From: Candidatus Omnitrophota bacterium
GTDB taxonomy: Bacteria > Omnitrophota > Gorgyraeia > Pluralincolimonadales > Pluralincolimonadaceae
Direction: 5' to 3'
Assembly: GCA_003141835.1 (NCBI GenBank)
Contig: PLNR01000006.1
Span: 78,558-142,557, forward strand
DNA: 64,000 bases
Positions 18,006-27,242 of the stretch are shown piece after piece (position 1 is the stretch's first letter; each line of letters opens with the position of its first letter). The notes under the pieces were generated by a model. It was not told the DNA's origin, searched no databases, and saw only the letters and a list, made by a program, of their open reading frames with translations. Made by a program: the position numbers and the translations under genes.

Positions 18006-18659
18006 TTACTTTTTCCTTCTCAACCCAAATATACCTACTAAACCTGAACCGAGCAATAAAAGGCTCGCCGGTTCCGGGACAGCAGCCGTATCGAGCTGTG
18101 CATCATCCCAGTAGAACGTACCGGTGTTTGAAGAGAGGTTCTTTTCAACCAGGAGGTTGGCCAGGACAATTGCCGTGCCATCCGGTGTTTTGAACCCTGC
18201 CGGAAGCGCCAACTGCGTCCAGTCAAACGTTCCTGTCGGAGCTGTAACAAACGTTTTAGCGATCTGAGCACCGTCGGAGTTCTTGAACTCAAGCTGAAGC
18301 TTGGGGTTCGCGCCATTACGGGCTGTGCTCTTAAGCCATACTGAAGCTGAGATGTCCTGATTACCGCCGATCTCTACTTCCTGGCCCCATCCTGCCCAAG
18401 TGTTTTTGTTGCCTGATGTAGGCGAAGTAAGTATTGAGATCCTTCCGCTCTGGTTGCCTGTATGCTTTTCCGCGGTTGACGTCTTCAGTTCGACATCACT
18501 AATCTCAGGAAACTGACGCAGGCCCCACCAGTTCTCCGGATCCGCATTGTTGGTCATAGGATTTTCGAAGCTCGAGTTGATCAACATGTTGGCATGCGCT
18601 GTTGAGGACAACAAAAGCACCATACCCGCTACTAACCCAAGGAAGAACAGTTTCTTCAC
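18006..18659 (-). CDS. PEP-CTERM surface protein with CBM4/9-like domain
   Basis: Signal peptide, NSSFE..., C-terminal VPEPASLLLLGSGLVGIFGLRRKK. Confidence 0.9.
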   Translation of the reverse strand: MKKLFFLGLVAGMVLLLSSTAHANMLINSSFENPMTNNADPENWWGLRQFPEISDVELKTSTAEKHTGNQSGRISILTSPTSGNKNTWAGWGQEVEIGGNQDISASVWLKSTARNGANPKLQLEFKNSDGAQIAKTFVTAPTGTFDWTQLALPAGFKTPDGTAIVLANLLVEKNLSSNTGTFYWDDAQLDTAAVPEPASLLLLGSGLVGIFGLRRKK

Positions 18660-18775
18660 TTGTCTACCCCCTTTCCCTTTTTATGTTTCTGTGCATATTC
18701 TGCCCCCGAGGGCAAAATAAAGGATAAAACAAAATGTGGTTATTTAGATCCGAGGATTGTTAAGGAACTACGTAA

Positions 18776-18804
18776 AATTTACCACGCTATCGCAGGTTTG
18801 TCAA
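18776..18804 (-). promoter_or_regulatory. Sigma70 promoter of the PEP-CTERM gene
   Basis: TTGACA-17nt-TAAATT with TG extension; hairpin TATTTTGCCC-TCGG-GGGCAGAATA in the leader. Confidence 0.7.
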
Positions 18805-18854
18805 GAAAACTAATTTGCTATTTTTTAGTAATTTTTTGCCCACGTGCGCAACGG

Positions 18855-20105
18855 CTATTTCCCGAACGATATATCGTCTACGTATATCCTTCCGGTCTTC
18901 TTATCGGAGTTCACTTCATCGTCAAAACGGATGACAAATTCCGACACCGAAGAGATATCCTTTAGATCGGTGAATTCCTTCACCGGTATCACGAACCTCT
19001 TCCAATCTTTTGTTATCCCGGAAAGCGTATATCTCCCGACTTCTCCTTTGCGGTTCTTGAGCTCCATCCTGATCCCTTTCGAGAAACCTACCGTCTCGTC
19101 GCCCTTTATCCAAAGGCTTAATTTTCCGTATTGGGAAAGGTCCAGGTTCTGCAGCGCCATCCAAAGACCGACCATGGCCTGGTTAGGTGAATCTACGTCA
19201 TAGTCAATCTGGAGGGAGAAACCGGAATCCCCGCGCTTGATATTCTGGTTATAAGTCAAGGTGCAACTCTGGGTATTGTCATTGGGGTCTTTTGCCCAGG
19301 TCCCGCCGCCTGATTCCAGATCGCCTGCGTTGAAATTGGCCACCACTAGCGACAATCCGGTCTCCTCTTCCTGGCCGCCGCTTGTCCCGGTTTCAACCTT
19401 TTCCGTCTTATCTTTTTCCACGAGCGTCACGGTCTTGGCGCCGGGGCGCGTATCCGCAAGCATATAGCCCTTAATGCCTCCCTTAGTTTTTATCTCTTCG
19501 GCCGCCGCGTCGTCAGCATAGAACCTCCCTGTGCCGTTCTCCTTATTGTCGAACTCCACGACGAAATTACAGCTATCGGTATCAGCCGGGGCTACGGCCG
19601 ACATTGTAACGGGTGTCCATTTCGTCGTCGACATCTCCGGCCCGAGCGTCCGCCCGTAATCGCGGCTTATCTCCACGTCTATCTCTTTGTTATCTTTATC
19701 CTTTCCCTTCTTACGCCATTCTATATGCAACTGGCCGAACGCATTGCCGCTTACCGGGTTTGATCCGTAGTTCAGGAAATATGCGGAAAAGTTATACCTG
19801 TACCCGGCTTTCGCGTTTCTATACGTATAGTAGACGCCGGTCGACTCGTTCTGTTTGGGGCAATCCATATAGACCGATTGCTGCCCTCTCCTGCGTTCCG
19901 TCGTAGAGATCCCGTTAAAATTATCATTCCAGCTTCCCCAACCGGACGGGGTCTGGTCCTTGAAACCGGGGCGATTTTCGAAACTCTCATTCTTAAGGAG
20001 GTTCTTCCCGATCAACGGGCTTTCGACGGCATACAGCGGCGCCGCAACAGCGATGATGAGCACTACTAAAAATATCCGCAGCATTAAAACACCTTTCTCC
20101 CTCAT
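18855..20105 (-). CDS. Secreted non-catalytic carbohydrate-binding protein (CBM4/9-like + CBM11/CIA30-like)
   Basis: Signal peptide; NLLKNESFE domain; C-terminal DLSQYGKLSLWIKGD...W....IP...F...GRIYVDDI. Confidence 0.7.
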   Translation of the reverse strand: MREKGVLMLRIFLVVLIIAVAAPLYAVESPLIGKNLLKNESFENRPGFKDQTPSGWGSWNDNFNGISTTERRRGQQSVYMDCPKQNESTGVYYTYRNAKAGYRYNFSAYFLNYGSNPVSGNAFGQLHIEWRKKGKDKDNKEIDVEISRDYGRTLGPEMSTTKWTPVTMSAVAPADTDSCNFVVEFDNKENGTGRFYADDAAAEEIKTKGGIKGYMLADTRPGAKTVTLVEKDKTEKVETGTSGGQEEETGLSLVVANFNAGDLESGGGTWAKDPNDNTQSCTLTYNQNIKRGDSGFSLQIDYDVDSPNQAMVGLWMALQNLDLSQYGKLSLWIKGDETVGFSKGIRMELKNRKGEVGRYTLSGITKDWKRFVIPVKEFTDLKDISSVSEFVIRFDDEVNSDKKTGRIYVDDISFGK

Positions 20106-20109
20106 AGGA

Positions 20110-22869
20110 TCACTTTTTGGCCTTCTTCTCTTTCGCCACTATCTCCATGAAGATCGCCACGATCTTCGGGTCGAAATGCGTCCCTGATTCTTCTCTTATT
20201 ATCTTCAGGGCCTCCCTCTTCGGGTAGGCCTTCCGGTACGGCCTGTTGGAAACGAGGGCCTGGTATACGTCTACGACCGCGATTATCCTGGCGCCGATCG
20301 GTATCTCATCGCCCTTCAATTTGGAGCCGTACCCGTATCCGTCGTATCTCTCGTGGTGGTGCAGGATGATCGGGACGACATCCTTAAGGAAATGCACGGG
20401 CCTGATTATGTCCGCGCCGATCTGCGGGTGCTTCTTTATTACCTCGAACTCCTTCTTGGTGAGCTTGCCGCGCTTGAGGAGTATCTTCTCGCCGATGCCG
20501 AGCTTGCCTATGTCGTGGAGCATGGCGCCGTGCTTGAGGTCGTCGAGCTCCTGGTCCGTAAGATTCATTTTCTTGCCCACCTCGGTCGATAATTTCACCA
20601 TCTCTTCCGAGTGCTCCTCGGTATACGCGTTCTTGGCACCTACCGTGTGCGCCAGGGCATAGACCGCCTCTATCGTATTCTGTTTGTTGCGCCTGAGGAG
20701 TTCCAGGAATTTATTCGTGATACTGCTCAGACGTTTCTGCGAATCGGCATCTACGGGCGGCGCCGAGGCCTTCTTCTTGCGCAGCTGGCTGGAGACGCTT
20801 ATCGTGTCACCGCCTTGTTCTTTCGCGAGGCGCACGCACTTATCCGCGCTCGTAAGCAGCTGGTCTACGGTGGCGACGCCATCCGCAGGATATGAGCAGA
20901 TGCCGATGCTTATCCTGAGTTTCACTTTATTCGCCCCGAACCTGTGTTTCTTTATTATCCTTTGTATCCTGTCGGCAAAGGCCAGGGCGCCATTCTCTTC
21001 CGTATCCGGCAGGATGATGGCGAAACCCTCGCCTTCGAACCTCGTTACGACGTCTATGCCGCGTGAAGCGTGCTGCAGGACTATGGCGAACTCCTGCAGG
21101 ACCGTATCGCCGTACTCGTGCCCGTAGGTGTCGTTCACGGATTTGAAATAATCTATGTCCACCATGAGTATCGAAAGCGGCGTCGCCCTGCGTTTCGCCA
21201 GCTCGAATTCGGAATGTATCCTCCTCTGGAGGTAGCGGTAATTATAGAGCTGGGTGTGCGGGTCTATCAGGGCCAGGGCTTCGGCTTCCTTCTTTTCGCG
21301 TTCGATCCGCTTGAGCTCCGATATGTCCCTGAATATTCCCTGCGCCACTTTCTTGCCGCCAAGCTCGAAGACAGAGGCGCTTATATAGACAGGTATCCTT
21401 TCACCCTTTGAATTGAATATCTCCGCTTCAAGAGAGGGATTATGAGAGCCTTTAGATTCCTCCGCTGCCTTGACGATATCGCGGAATTTCTCCTGATAGC
21501 TCTCGGCTTCTTCCGGAGGATGGAGCCTGACCTGGTTAATCCCGATAAGCTCTTTCCTGGGCCTGCCAATAAGCTCTTCCACCTGTTTATTGACATCCAA
21601 TATTTCGCCTGTCCGCGTATCCATTATGACTATCGCGTCGTTTGCTGACTCGAAGATACTTTTGAATTTATCTTCGGATTCCTTGAGCTGGAACTCAAGT
21701 TTTCTCCTGACCGTTATGTCGCGCGCGATGCCTGTCGTCCCGATCACTTCGCCTTTTTCGTTGAAGATAGGGGTCTTGATCGTCTCGATCCATGTCACTA
21801 TTCCTTCCTTGTCGTGCATGGGCTCTTCTATGACTTTTCTCCTCCCGGTCCGCATGACCTCGGCATCATCAGCCCTGTAGCTCTGCGCGAGGTTCTTGGG
21901 CCAACAATCAAAATCCGTCTTTCCGACAATGTCTTTGGCCGCCATGCCGCAGGCTTTCGCGAATGATTCGTTTGCCGCGATAAACCTGCTTTCTTTATCT
22001 TTTAGCCATGCCATATCGGGTATATTGTCAAGTATAGCTTCCTGCTGCCTCTCGGCCTCTTTAAGTGTTTCTTCTGTCCGTTTCCGCTTTGTGATATCGA
22101 ACATGACACCCTGGAGGAAGAGCGGTTTCCCTGATTCGTCTTTTACTACTGACGCCTCATCGGTGATCCATATAACACGGCCGTCCTTCCTCATCATCCT
22201 GTAATCCACCCGGAAAGATGACATTGCCTTATGGCATTTCTCCAGCTCGGATAGTACCCTGTCCCGGTCTTCCGGATACAGCTGTTTCAGCCATACCTCC
22301 GCGCTCGACTTATAGTACTCTTCCGGGGTGAACCCCAGCAGGTCCTTGATCTGGGGGCTGATGAAAAGCGTCCTGCTGTCCTTGCCCAGTTCCGCGATGT
22401 AAGTGACCGCCGGAAGTTTTTCGACAAGTGAACGGTATTTTTTTTCCGTCTTCTCCCTCTCTTCGTCTAAATATTTACGCTCGGTCACATCTTCTACGAC
22501 TTCGATCGCGGCGATCACGTTGCCGTTCTTGTCTTTGACCGGAGAGGAGACTACGCGGAAATTGATTATTTTATCGAATCGGGGGGTCTCGGTGACCGCC
22601 TCGTGGACTTTTCCGTCTTTCAGGGTTTTGGCGGTCGGACAATATGTACATTTCTCGTTGCGCGGCGGATTATTGAAACAGGAATAACAGATAGGCTTTT
22701 TGTTTACGTCCACTTCGGGAAACCACTTCTTCATGACTTTGTTTAAAGCGAGGATCTCCATCTCCGGGCTTATTACGGAGACGCCCATGCCGAAGTCGTC
22801 GAATAACGCGAAAGCGGCTTTATTCTCTTTGACCCAGTTATCGTTCTTTACGAAGAGGTTTACGAACAT
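20110..22869 (-). CDS. Multi-PAS / degenerate GGDEF / HD-GYP signalling protein
   Basis: Four PAS/PAC repeats; DIDYFKSVNDTYGH, EGEGF instead of GGDEF; HDIGK and HHERYDGYGYG. Confidence 0.9.
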   Translation of the reverse strand: MFVNLFVKNDNWVKENKAAFALFDDFGMGVSVISPEMEILALNKVMKKWFPEVDVNKKPICYSCFNNPPRNEKCTYCPTAKTLKDGKVHEAVTETPRFDKIINFRVVSSPVKDKNGNVIAAIEVVEDVTERKYLDEEREKTEKKYRSLVEKLPAVTYIAELGKDSRTLFISPQIKDLLGFTPEEYYKSSAEVWLKQLYPEDRDRVLSELEKCHKAMSSFRVDYRMMRKDGRVIWITDEASVVKDESGKPLFLQGVMFDITKRKRTEETLKEAERQQEAILDNIPDMAWLKDKESRFIAANESFAKACGMAAKDIVGKTDFDCWPKNLAQSYRADDAEVMRTGRRKVIEEPMHDKEGIVTWIETIKTPIFNEKGEVIGTTGIARDITVRRKLEFQLKESEDKFKSIFESANDAIVIMDTRTGEILDVNKQVEELIGRPRKELIGINQVRLHPPEEAESYQEKFRDIVKAAEESKGSHNPSLEAEIFNSKGERIPVYISASVFELGGKKVAQGIFRDISELKRIEREKKEAEALALIDPHTQLYNYRYLQRRIHSEFELAKRRATPLSILMVDIDYFKSVNDTYGHEYGDTVLQEFAIVLQHASRGIDVVTRFEGEGFAIILPDTEENGALAFADRIQRIIKKHRFGANKVKLRISIGICSYPADGVATVDQLLTSADKCVRLAKEQGGDTISVSSQLRKKKASAPPVDADSQKRLSSITNKFLELLRRNKQNTIEAVYALAHTVGAKNAYTEEHSEEMVKLSTEVGKKMNLTDQELDDLKHGAMLHDIGKLGIGEKILLKRGKLTKKEFEVIKKHPQIGADIIRPVHFLKDVVPIILHHHERYDGYGYGSKLKGDEIPIGARIIAVVDVYQALVSNRPYRKAYPKREALKIIREESGTHFDPKIVAIFMEIVAKEKKAKK

Positions 22870-22871
22870 TG

Positions 22872-22892
22872 ACCCTTTCGATCCGCTCAGGA
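22872..22892. repeat. CCCTTCG..GCTCAGG-type REP-like element
   Basis: ACCCTTTCGATCCGCTCAGGA between genes; related sequences at 50531 and 52592-52653. Confidence 0.5.
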
Positions 22893-22895
22893 CTT

Positions 22896-23684
22896 TTACT
22901 TGCCCTTGAGGCTGGTTAACATCTGCTTCGCTTTATCGAAAGAAATATTGTCATGGACGATGGCCCGGATGGTCTTTATCATAGCCACCGGATCCCTGGA
23001 CTGCCATATATTGCGGCCCATATCCACGCCGCATGCGCCGCGCCTTATCGCCTCATACGCTATCTCGAGCGCGTCCGTTTCGGTCTTTAACTTCGGGCCG
23101 CCTGCGATGACTAGCGGGACAGGGCAGCTCTTTACCACTTTCTCGAAATCTTCGCAGTAATATGTCTTTACGAAGCTTGCGCCTAATTCGGCGGCTATCC
23201 TGCAGGAGAGCGAAAGGTAACGGGCGTCCCTCTTCTCGAGTTCTTTCCCGACCGCGGTCACGGCAAGCACCGGGACGCCGTATTCCATACCCTCGTCTAC
23301 AAGCCTTGAAAAACTCACGATTGTCTGGTGCTCATGTTTCGAGCCGATATATATCGAGAAAGCCACGGCTGAGACGTTGAGGCGCACCGCGTCCTTCATC
23401 GAAACCGTGATCTCCTCGTTCGAAAGGTCTTCGCCTATTATGGTGTTCCCGCCTGAGGCCCTGAGGACTATCGGTATATCGTTGCCTGCGTCAATACAAT
23501 TCCGCAGTACTCCCCGCGTGGGCATAAGGGCATCAGTATAAGGAAGCAGGGGTTTAACGGTCTTGGAAGGATCTTCTAATCTTTGGACGGGTCCGAGGAA
23601 ATACCCGTGGTCTATTGCGAGCATGACTGTGCGGCCGTCCGGTTTTATTATCCGGCTTAAACGGTTCTTGAGTCCCCAATCCAT
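22896..23684 (-). CDS. lsrF: LsrF-like thiolase / class I (DhnA-type) aldolase
   Basis: Start re-set to MDWGLKNRL after AAGGAG; LAIDHGYFLGP, AAELGA..VKTYY, IAGGPK, GVDMGRNIWQ. Confidence 0.82.
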   Translation of the reverse strand: MDWGLKNRLSRIIKPDGRTVMLAIDHGYFLGPVQRLEDPSKTVKPLLPYTDALMPTRGVLRNCIDAGNDIPIVLRASGGNTIIGEDLSNEEITVSMKDAVRLNVSAVAFSIYIGSKHEHQTIVSFSRLVDEGMEYGVPVLAVTAVGKELEKRDARYLSLSCRIAAELGASFVKTYYCEDFEKVVKSCPVPLVIAGGPKLKTETDALEIAYEAIRRGACGVDMGRNIWQSRDPVAMIKTIRAIVHDNISFDKAKQMLTSLKGK

Positions 23685-23703
23685 GTTGTAGCTCCTTTTT
23701 AGC

Positions 23704-23781
23704 GGGGACGTTCCAAAAAGGGTACACTCCACTTTCTTATTTATCATCTGAAAGTGGGGTGTCCCTTTTTGGGACGTCCCC
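23704..23781. repeat. REPIN-like long inverted repeat, copy 2 (in lsrF leader)
   Basis: Arms GGGGACGTTCCAAAAAGGGTACACTCCACTTTC / GAAAGTGGGGTGTCCCTTTTTGGGACGTCCCC; loop ends TCATCT as in copy 1. Confidence 0.8.
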
Positions 23782-23832
23782 ATAATTATACCCTATTTGC
23801 CTTATTTTTCAAGAGTCATAGAAACGTTTCGT

Positions 23833-25317
23833 TTATAACTCCCCGTTCCTGCTCTTTTCGATCAGGTACTGGAGCATCTCGAGCTCCCCCTTATCGAACC
23901 AGATATTTCCGCATTTTAAACATTTATCTATGATGACCGGGAGACCGTATGTGAAGAAGCCGCGTTCCATCGCCTCCCCGCACTTGGGACAGGGCAGCTT
24001 ATCTGTCACGTTAAAAAAATTAGGCGGGGCCTCCCTCCAATGGCTTTTCATGAGCGCTTCGGCAGCCTCTGTTATCTCGCCGGGAAATGAATAATTTTCC
24101 CTTGCGATCACCCTGCTCGCTACATCAGAGGCGGCCAAAACACCTCCGCAAAAACGGCACTTCATCGCAGGCGCGCCCTCATATGATATTTCCGAGAGCC
24201 CCTGGCCGCATTTAGGGCAAGAGAGCTGCCCTCCCTCACCTGAGGCGGAAAGCCCTTCCAATTCTACGGGTTCCTCTTCGACCACTGTTTTATAAGGCAT
24301 CCTTATGTTCCTCTTTAGCGATACCAGGTCGGAGTGCGCCATGCCAAGCAGGACTTTCAAGCGGTTCCTGACCGGGGGATGCGTCGAAAACAGGTCGGAA
24401 AAGATACCTTCGGATTCCTCAAGGCCTCCTGTATCCGGGCTCGTTATGAATATGGGCGATAGCGAATCAGGGATCACTCCGACACCACGCCATCCCCTGG
24501 AAATAAGGTAAAGCGCCTCGGAGAACGCGACCGGGTCCCTTGTAAGGCGGACCGCGACCGCGTCGGCCCGGTATTCGCGCTGCCTGGAGATGAACATATT
24601 AAGGAGGTAATTCGCGCCTTTTATGACGAAGAGCACCAGGTAGACGACCAAAAGGTATGCCCCGAACCTCGCGCCGACACTTACCCTCTCTTCGGAGCTG
24701 TCGCCGGACCTCGTCAAGGTGATCCTGTTGATCCCTTCGAGGAGCGCGCCGTATATGCCGAAGAGTGAGCATATTACCGTCGTAGAAAAGCTGTCTCCCG
24801 AGGCGATGTGCGCTGCCTCGTGGCCGATGACCGCCTCGAGCTGGCTCCTGCTAAGCCTTGAAAGCAGCCCCTCGGTGACGCCTATTGCGGAATTCCCCTC
24901 GAAATCCGATACGGCGAAGGCGTTCATCCCGCTCGACGGCACGACATAACAGCTTATCTTCCTTCCGCCTGTGGCGACCGAAACCTCATCGACGACATTT
25001 TGGAACATCTTGTGGTAGGTATCCTTGGGATCCGGCGGCCTCGCATCGAGCAATATCGTCACATCCGATATCATGTTCTTGGTCGAATAGTACCAATGGA
25101 GGGATGCAATTACGAGCGCAACGGCAAATACTATTACGAACTCTCCCGGGGAGAAGAGCCCGGCCGGGCCGGTAAACGAGGACGGAAAATTAAAAAATAA
25201 CCTCGTCACTATCCATAGGAGCTCGGCGGCGAGGAAATAAAAGACCATCAGGAAGGCGAAGACTATCGATATTACCCACGTCTTCTCTTTCTCTATCTCG
25301 ACGAATGAGTAGGGCAT
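23833..25317 (-). CDS. M48 (HtpX-like) zinc metalloprotease with two C-terminal zinc ribbons
   Basis: NAFA, HEAAH, SRQREYRAD, FSTHPP; CPKC...CRFC and CPKC...CLKC. Confidence 0.88.
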   Translation of the reverse strand: MPYSFVEIEKEKTWVISIVFAFLMVFYFLAAELLWIVTRLFFNFPSSFTGPAGLFSPGEFVIVFAVALVIASLHWYYSTKNMISDVTILLDARPPDPKDTYHKMFQNVVDEVSVATGGRKISCYVVPSSGMNAFAVSDFEGNSAIGVTEGLLSRLSRSQLEAVIGHEAAHIASGDSFSTTVICSLFGIYGALLEGINRITLTRSGDSSEERVSVGARFGAYLLVVYLVLFVIKGANYLLNMFISRQREYRADAVAVRLTRDPVAFSEALYLISRGWRGVGVIPDSLSPIFITSPDTGGLEESEGIFSDLFSTHPPVRNRLKVLLGMAHSDLVSLKRNIRMPYKTVVEEEPVELEGLSASGEGGQLSCPKCGQGLSEISYEGAPAMKCRFCGGVLAASDVASRVIARENYSFPGEITEAAEALMKSHWREAPPNFFNVTDKLPCPKCGEAMERGFFTYGLPVIIDKCLKCGNIWFDKGELEMLQYLIEKSRNGEL

Positions 25318-25323
25318 TTAACT

Positions 25324-25881
25324 CTAGGTGAAGCTGACTTTTGGCGGCTCCCTCTCCGCGAGGTCCTTGAGCTCGAAGAACTCTTCAGGCGCGAAACCCA
25401 GCGCCGGGGCGACCGTATTGGCCGGGAAGGTCTTGACGGCCGTGTTAAAGCGCGTGACTTCGTCGTTGTAATACTGCCTTGAGAAGGCGATCTTGTTCTC
25501 GGTTGAGGTTAGCTCCTCCTGCAGGGCCAGCATGTTCTGGTTCGCCTTCAGGTCGGGATATTTCTCCGCGACGGCAAATAAGGAACGCAACGCGCCGGTA
25601 AGCATATTTTCCGCGCCCTCTTTGTCCTTGACCGTCGTCGCCTGTGTCGCCTGGGTGCGCGCTTTGATGACGTTCTCTAAGGTCTCGCGCTCGAATTTCA
25701 TGTATCCCTTGGCCGTCTCTACAAGGTTCGGGATAAGGTCGTGCCTTCTCTTGAGCTGCACGTCTATCTGCGCCCAACCGTTCTTGACCCGCATCTTCAG
25801 CTGGACGAGGCCGTTATAGACGCCGATCAGCCAAAGCGCGGCGACGACAACGATGACGAGGATGACAAATAATATGACCAT
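25324..25881 (-). CDS. lemA: LemA family protein
   Basis: YNGLV, IDVQLKRRHDLIPNLV, YPDLKANQN, TENKIAFSRQYYN. Confidence 0.95.
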   Translation of the reverse strand: MVILFVILVIVVVAALWLIGVYNGLVQLKMRVKNGWAQIDVQLKRRHDLIPNLVETAKGYMKFERETLENVIKARTQATQATTVKDKEGAENMLTGALRSLFAVAEKYPDLKANQNMLALQEELTSTENKIAFSRQYYNDEVTRFNTAVKTFPANTVAPALGFAPEEFFELKDLAEREPPKVSFT

Positions 25882-25928
25882 CGCGCTACCTCCTGTTTTT
25901 TAAACTATGGGATATCATTATATACGTT

Positions 25929-26960
25929 TTATTTCTGGGGTTCAATGATGACTTTTATGGAATCCGCGGCGCTTGCGACGAGCTTAAAACCTTTTCCCGT
26001 GTCGGCCAGGGCGAACCGGTGCGTTATCATATCCTTGACGTTGACCTTGCGCGACCTGATCAATTCGATGGCCTCAAGGTGTTCTTTGGGGCTCGCCGCG
26101 TAAGAGCTCGTAAGGGTCACTTCGTTGCGCCAGAAGATATCATTTATGGACTTGGGAAGCATAAGGTCTTTCTCCGCGGCCGCGAAGAAGAGGACGGTCC
26201 CGCCGCGCTCGACCGAGGCCAGCGCCTGCTCCACGGCCGGCCTTGCGCCGGCGCACAGGATGACAACGTCAGCTAGCATGCCGCCGTTTACAGCTTTCAA
26301 TTTTTCAGGGGAATATTCTTTCGCGTCAAATGCGTTGTCCGCGCCGAATTTCTTAGCAGCGTCAATACGGTATTGCGAAATATCTGTCGCTGCGACAAGT
26401 TTCGCGCCGAGAGAGCGCGCATATTGGATATGCAGGAGCCCAGATATCCCACTTCCTATCACGAGGACGGTCCGGCCTTTTTTGACCCCGGCCAGCCTCT
26501 GGCCGCGCAGGACGCACGAAAGGGGCTCGATGAATGTTGCTTCGTCAAAAGAGACGTCTGCCGGCAGATTATAAACTCCGCCCTGCTCGATATTTACCGC
26601 CGGGACGCGGACAAATTCGGAGAAACCTCCCGGGTAGAAATTCGTCTTGCGCAGCGTCTCGCAGACGGTCTCATGCCCGCTTAGGCAATAATGGCATTTA
26701 TGGCACGGGACATGATGGGAGGCCGCGACGCGGTCGCCTATTTTAAGATTTTTAACGCCAGCGCCGGCCTTCTCTATAGTTCCGGCTATCTCGTGTCCGA
26801 GGACAAGCGGCACCCTGTTGATGCGGTACCATTCCATGACGTCACTGCCGCATATGCCGCTCGAGACTACCCGGATAAGGATTTCGCCCGGCCCGATCTC
26901 AGGGACAGGAGCTTCTTCGAGACGAACATCATTATTACTGTAATACATCGCGACGCGCAT
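25929..26960 (-). CDS. Zn-dependent polyol/alcohol dehydrogenase
   Basis: GICGSD, GHE, CxxCxxC..C, GSGISG. Confidence 0.9.
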   Translation of the reverse strand: MRVAMYYSNNDVRLEEAPVPEIGPGEILIRVVSSGICGSDVMEWYRINRVPLVLGHEIAGTIEKAGAGVKNLKIGDRVAASHHVPCHKCHYCLSGHETVCETLRKTNFYPGGFSEFVRVPAVNIEQGGVYNLPADVSFDEATFIEPLSCVLRGQRLAGVKKGRTVLVIGSGISGLLHIQYARSLGAKLVAATDISQYRIDAAKKFGADNAFDAKEYSPEKLKAVNGGMLADVVILCAGARPAVEQALASVERGGTVLFFAAAEKDLMLPKSINDIFWRNEVTLTSSYAASPKEHLEAIELIRSRKVNVKDMITHRFALADTGKGFKLVASAADSIKVIIEPQK

Positions 26961-26972
26961 AATCGGCCTTTT

Positions 26973-27224
26973 TTATTTATGTTTATGCTTGCAGCCTGAA
27001 GGGCAACTCGATGTCGCCTTCTCGCAAGGAGCCGGCTGGGATTTCTTCTTGTAATCGGTCTCGTAAAAACCCGAACCCTTGAATATCACCCCGGCGCCGC
27101 CGCTTATGAGGCGCTTGACCTTGCCTCCGCATTTGGGGCATTTCTCGAGGCGTTTGTCGGACATCGACTGGAAGACCTCAAATATATGCTTGCATTTCTG
27201 GCACTCGTAATCATAAGAAGGCAT
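26973..27224 (-). CDS. FmdB-family zinc-ribbon protein
   Basis: MPSYDYECQKC, CPKCGG, FKGSGFYETDY. Confidence 0.9.
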   Translation of the reverse strand: MPSYDYECQKCKHIFEVFQSMSDKRLEKCPKCGGKVKRLISGGAGVIFKGSGFYETDYKKKSQPAPCEKATSSCPSGCKHKHK

Positions 27225-27242
27225 CTTCGAAAGCTATCTCCT

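Noticed and set aside
18660-18775. c-di-GMP riboswitch in the PEP-CTERM leader
   Set aside because: Only one hairpin; the GEMM consensus elements were not found.
12945-23781. CRISPR or IS ends for the palindromes
   Set aside because: Two isolated copies 10 kb apart, with no spacers, cas genes or transposase.
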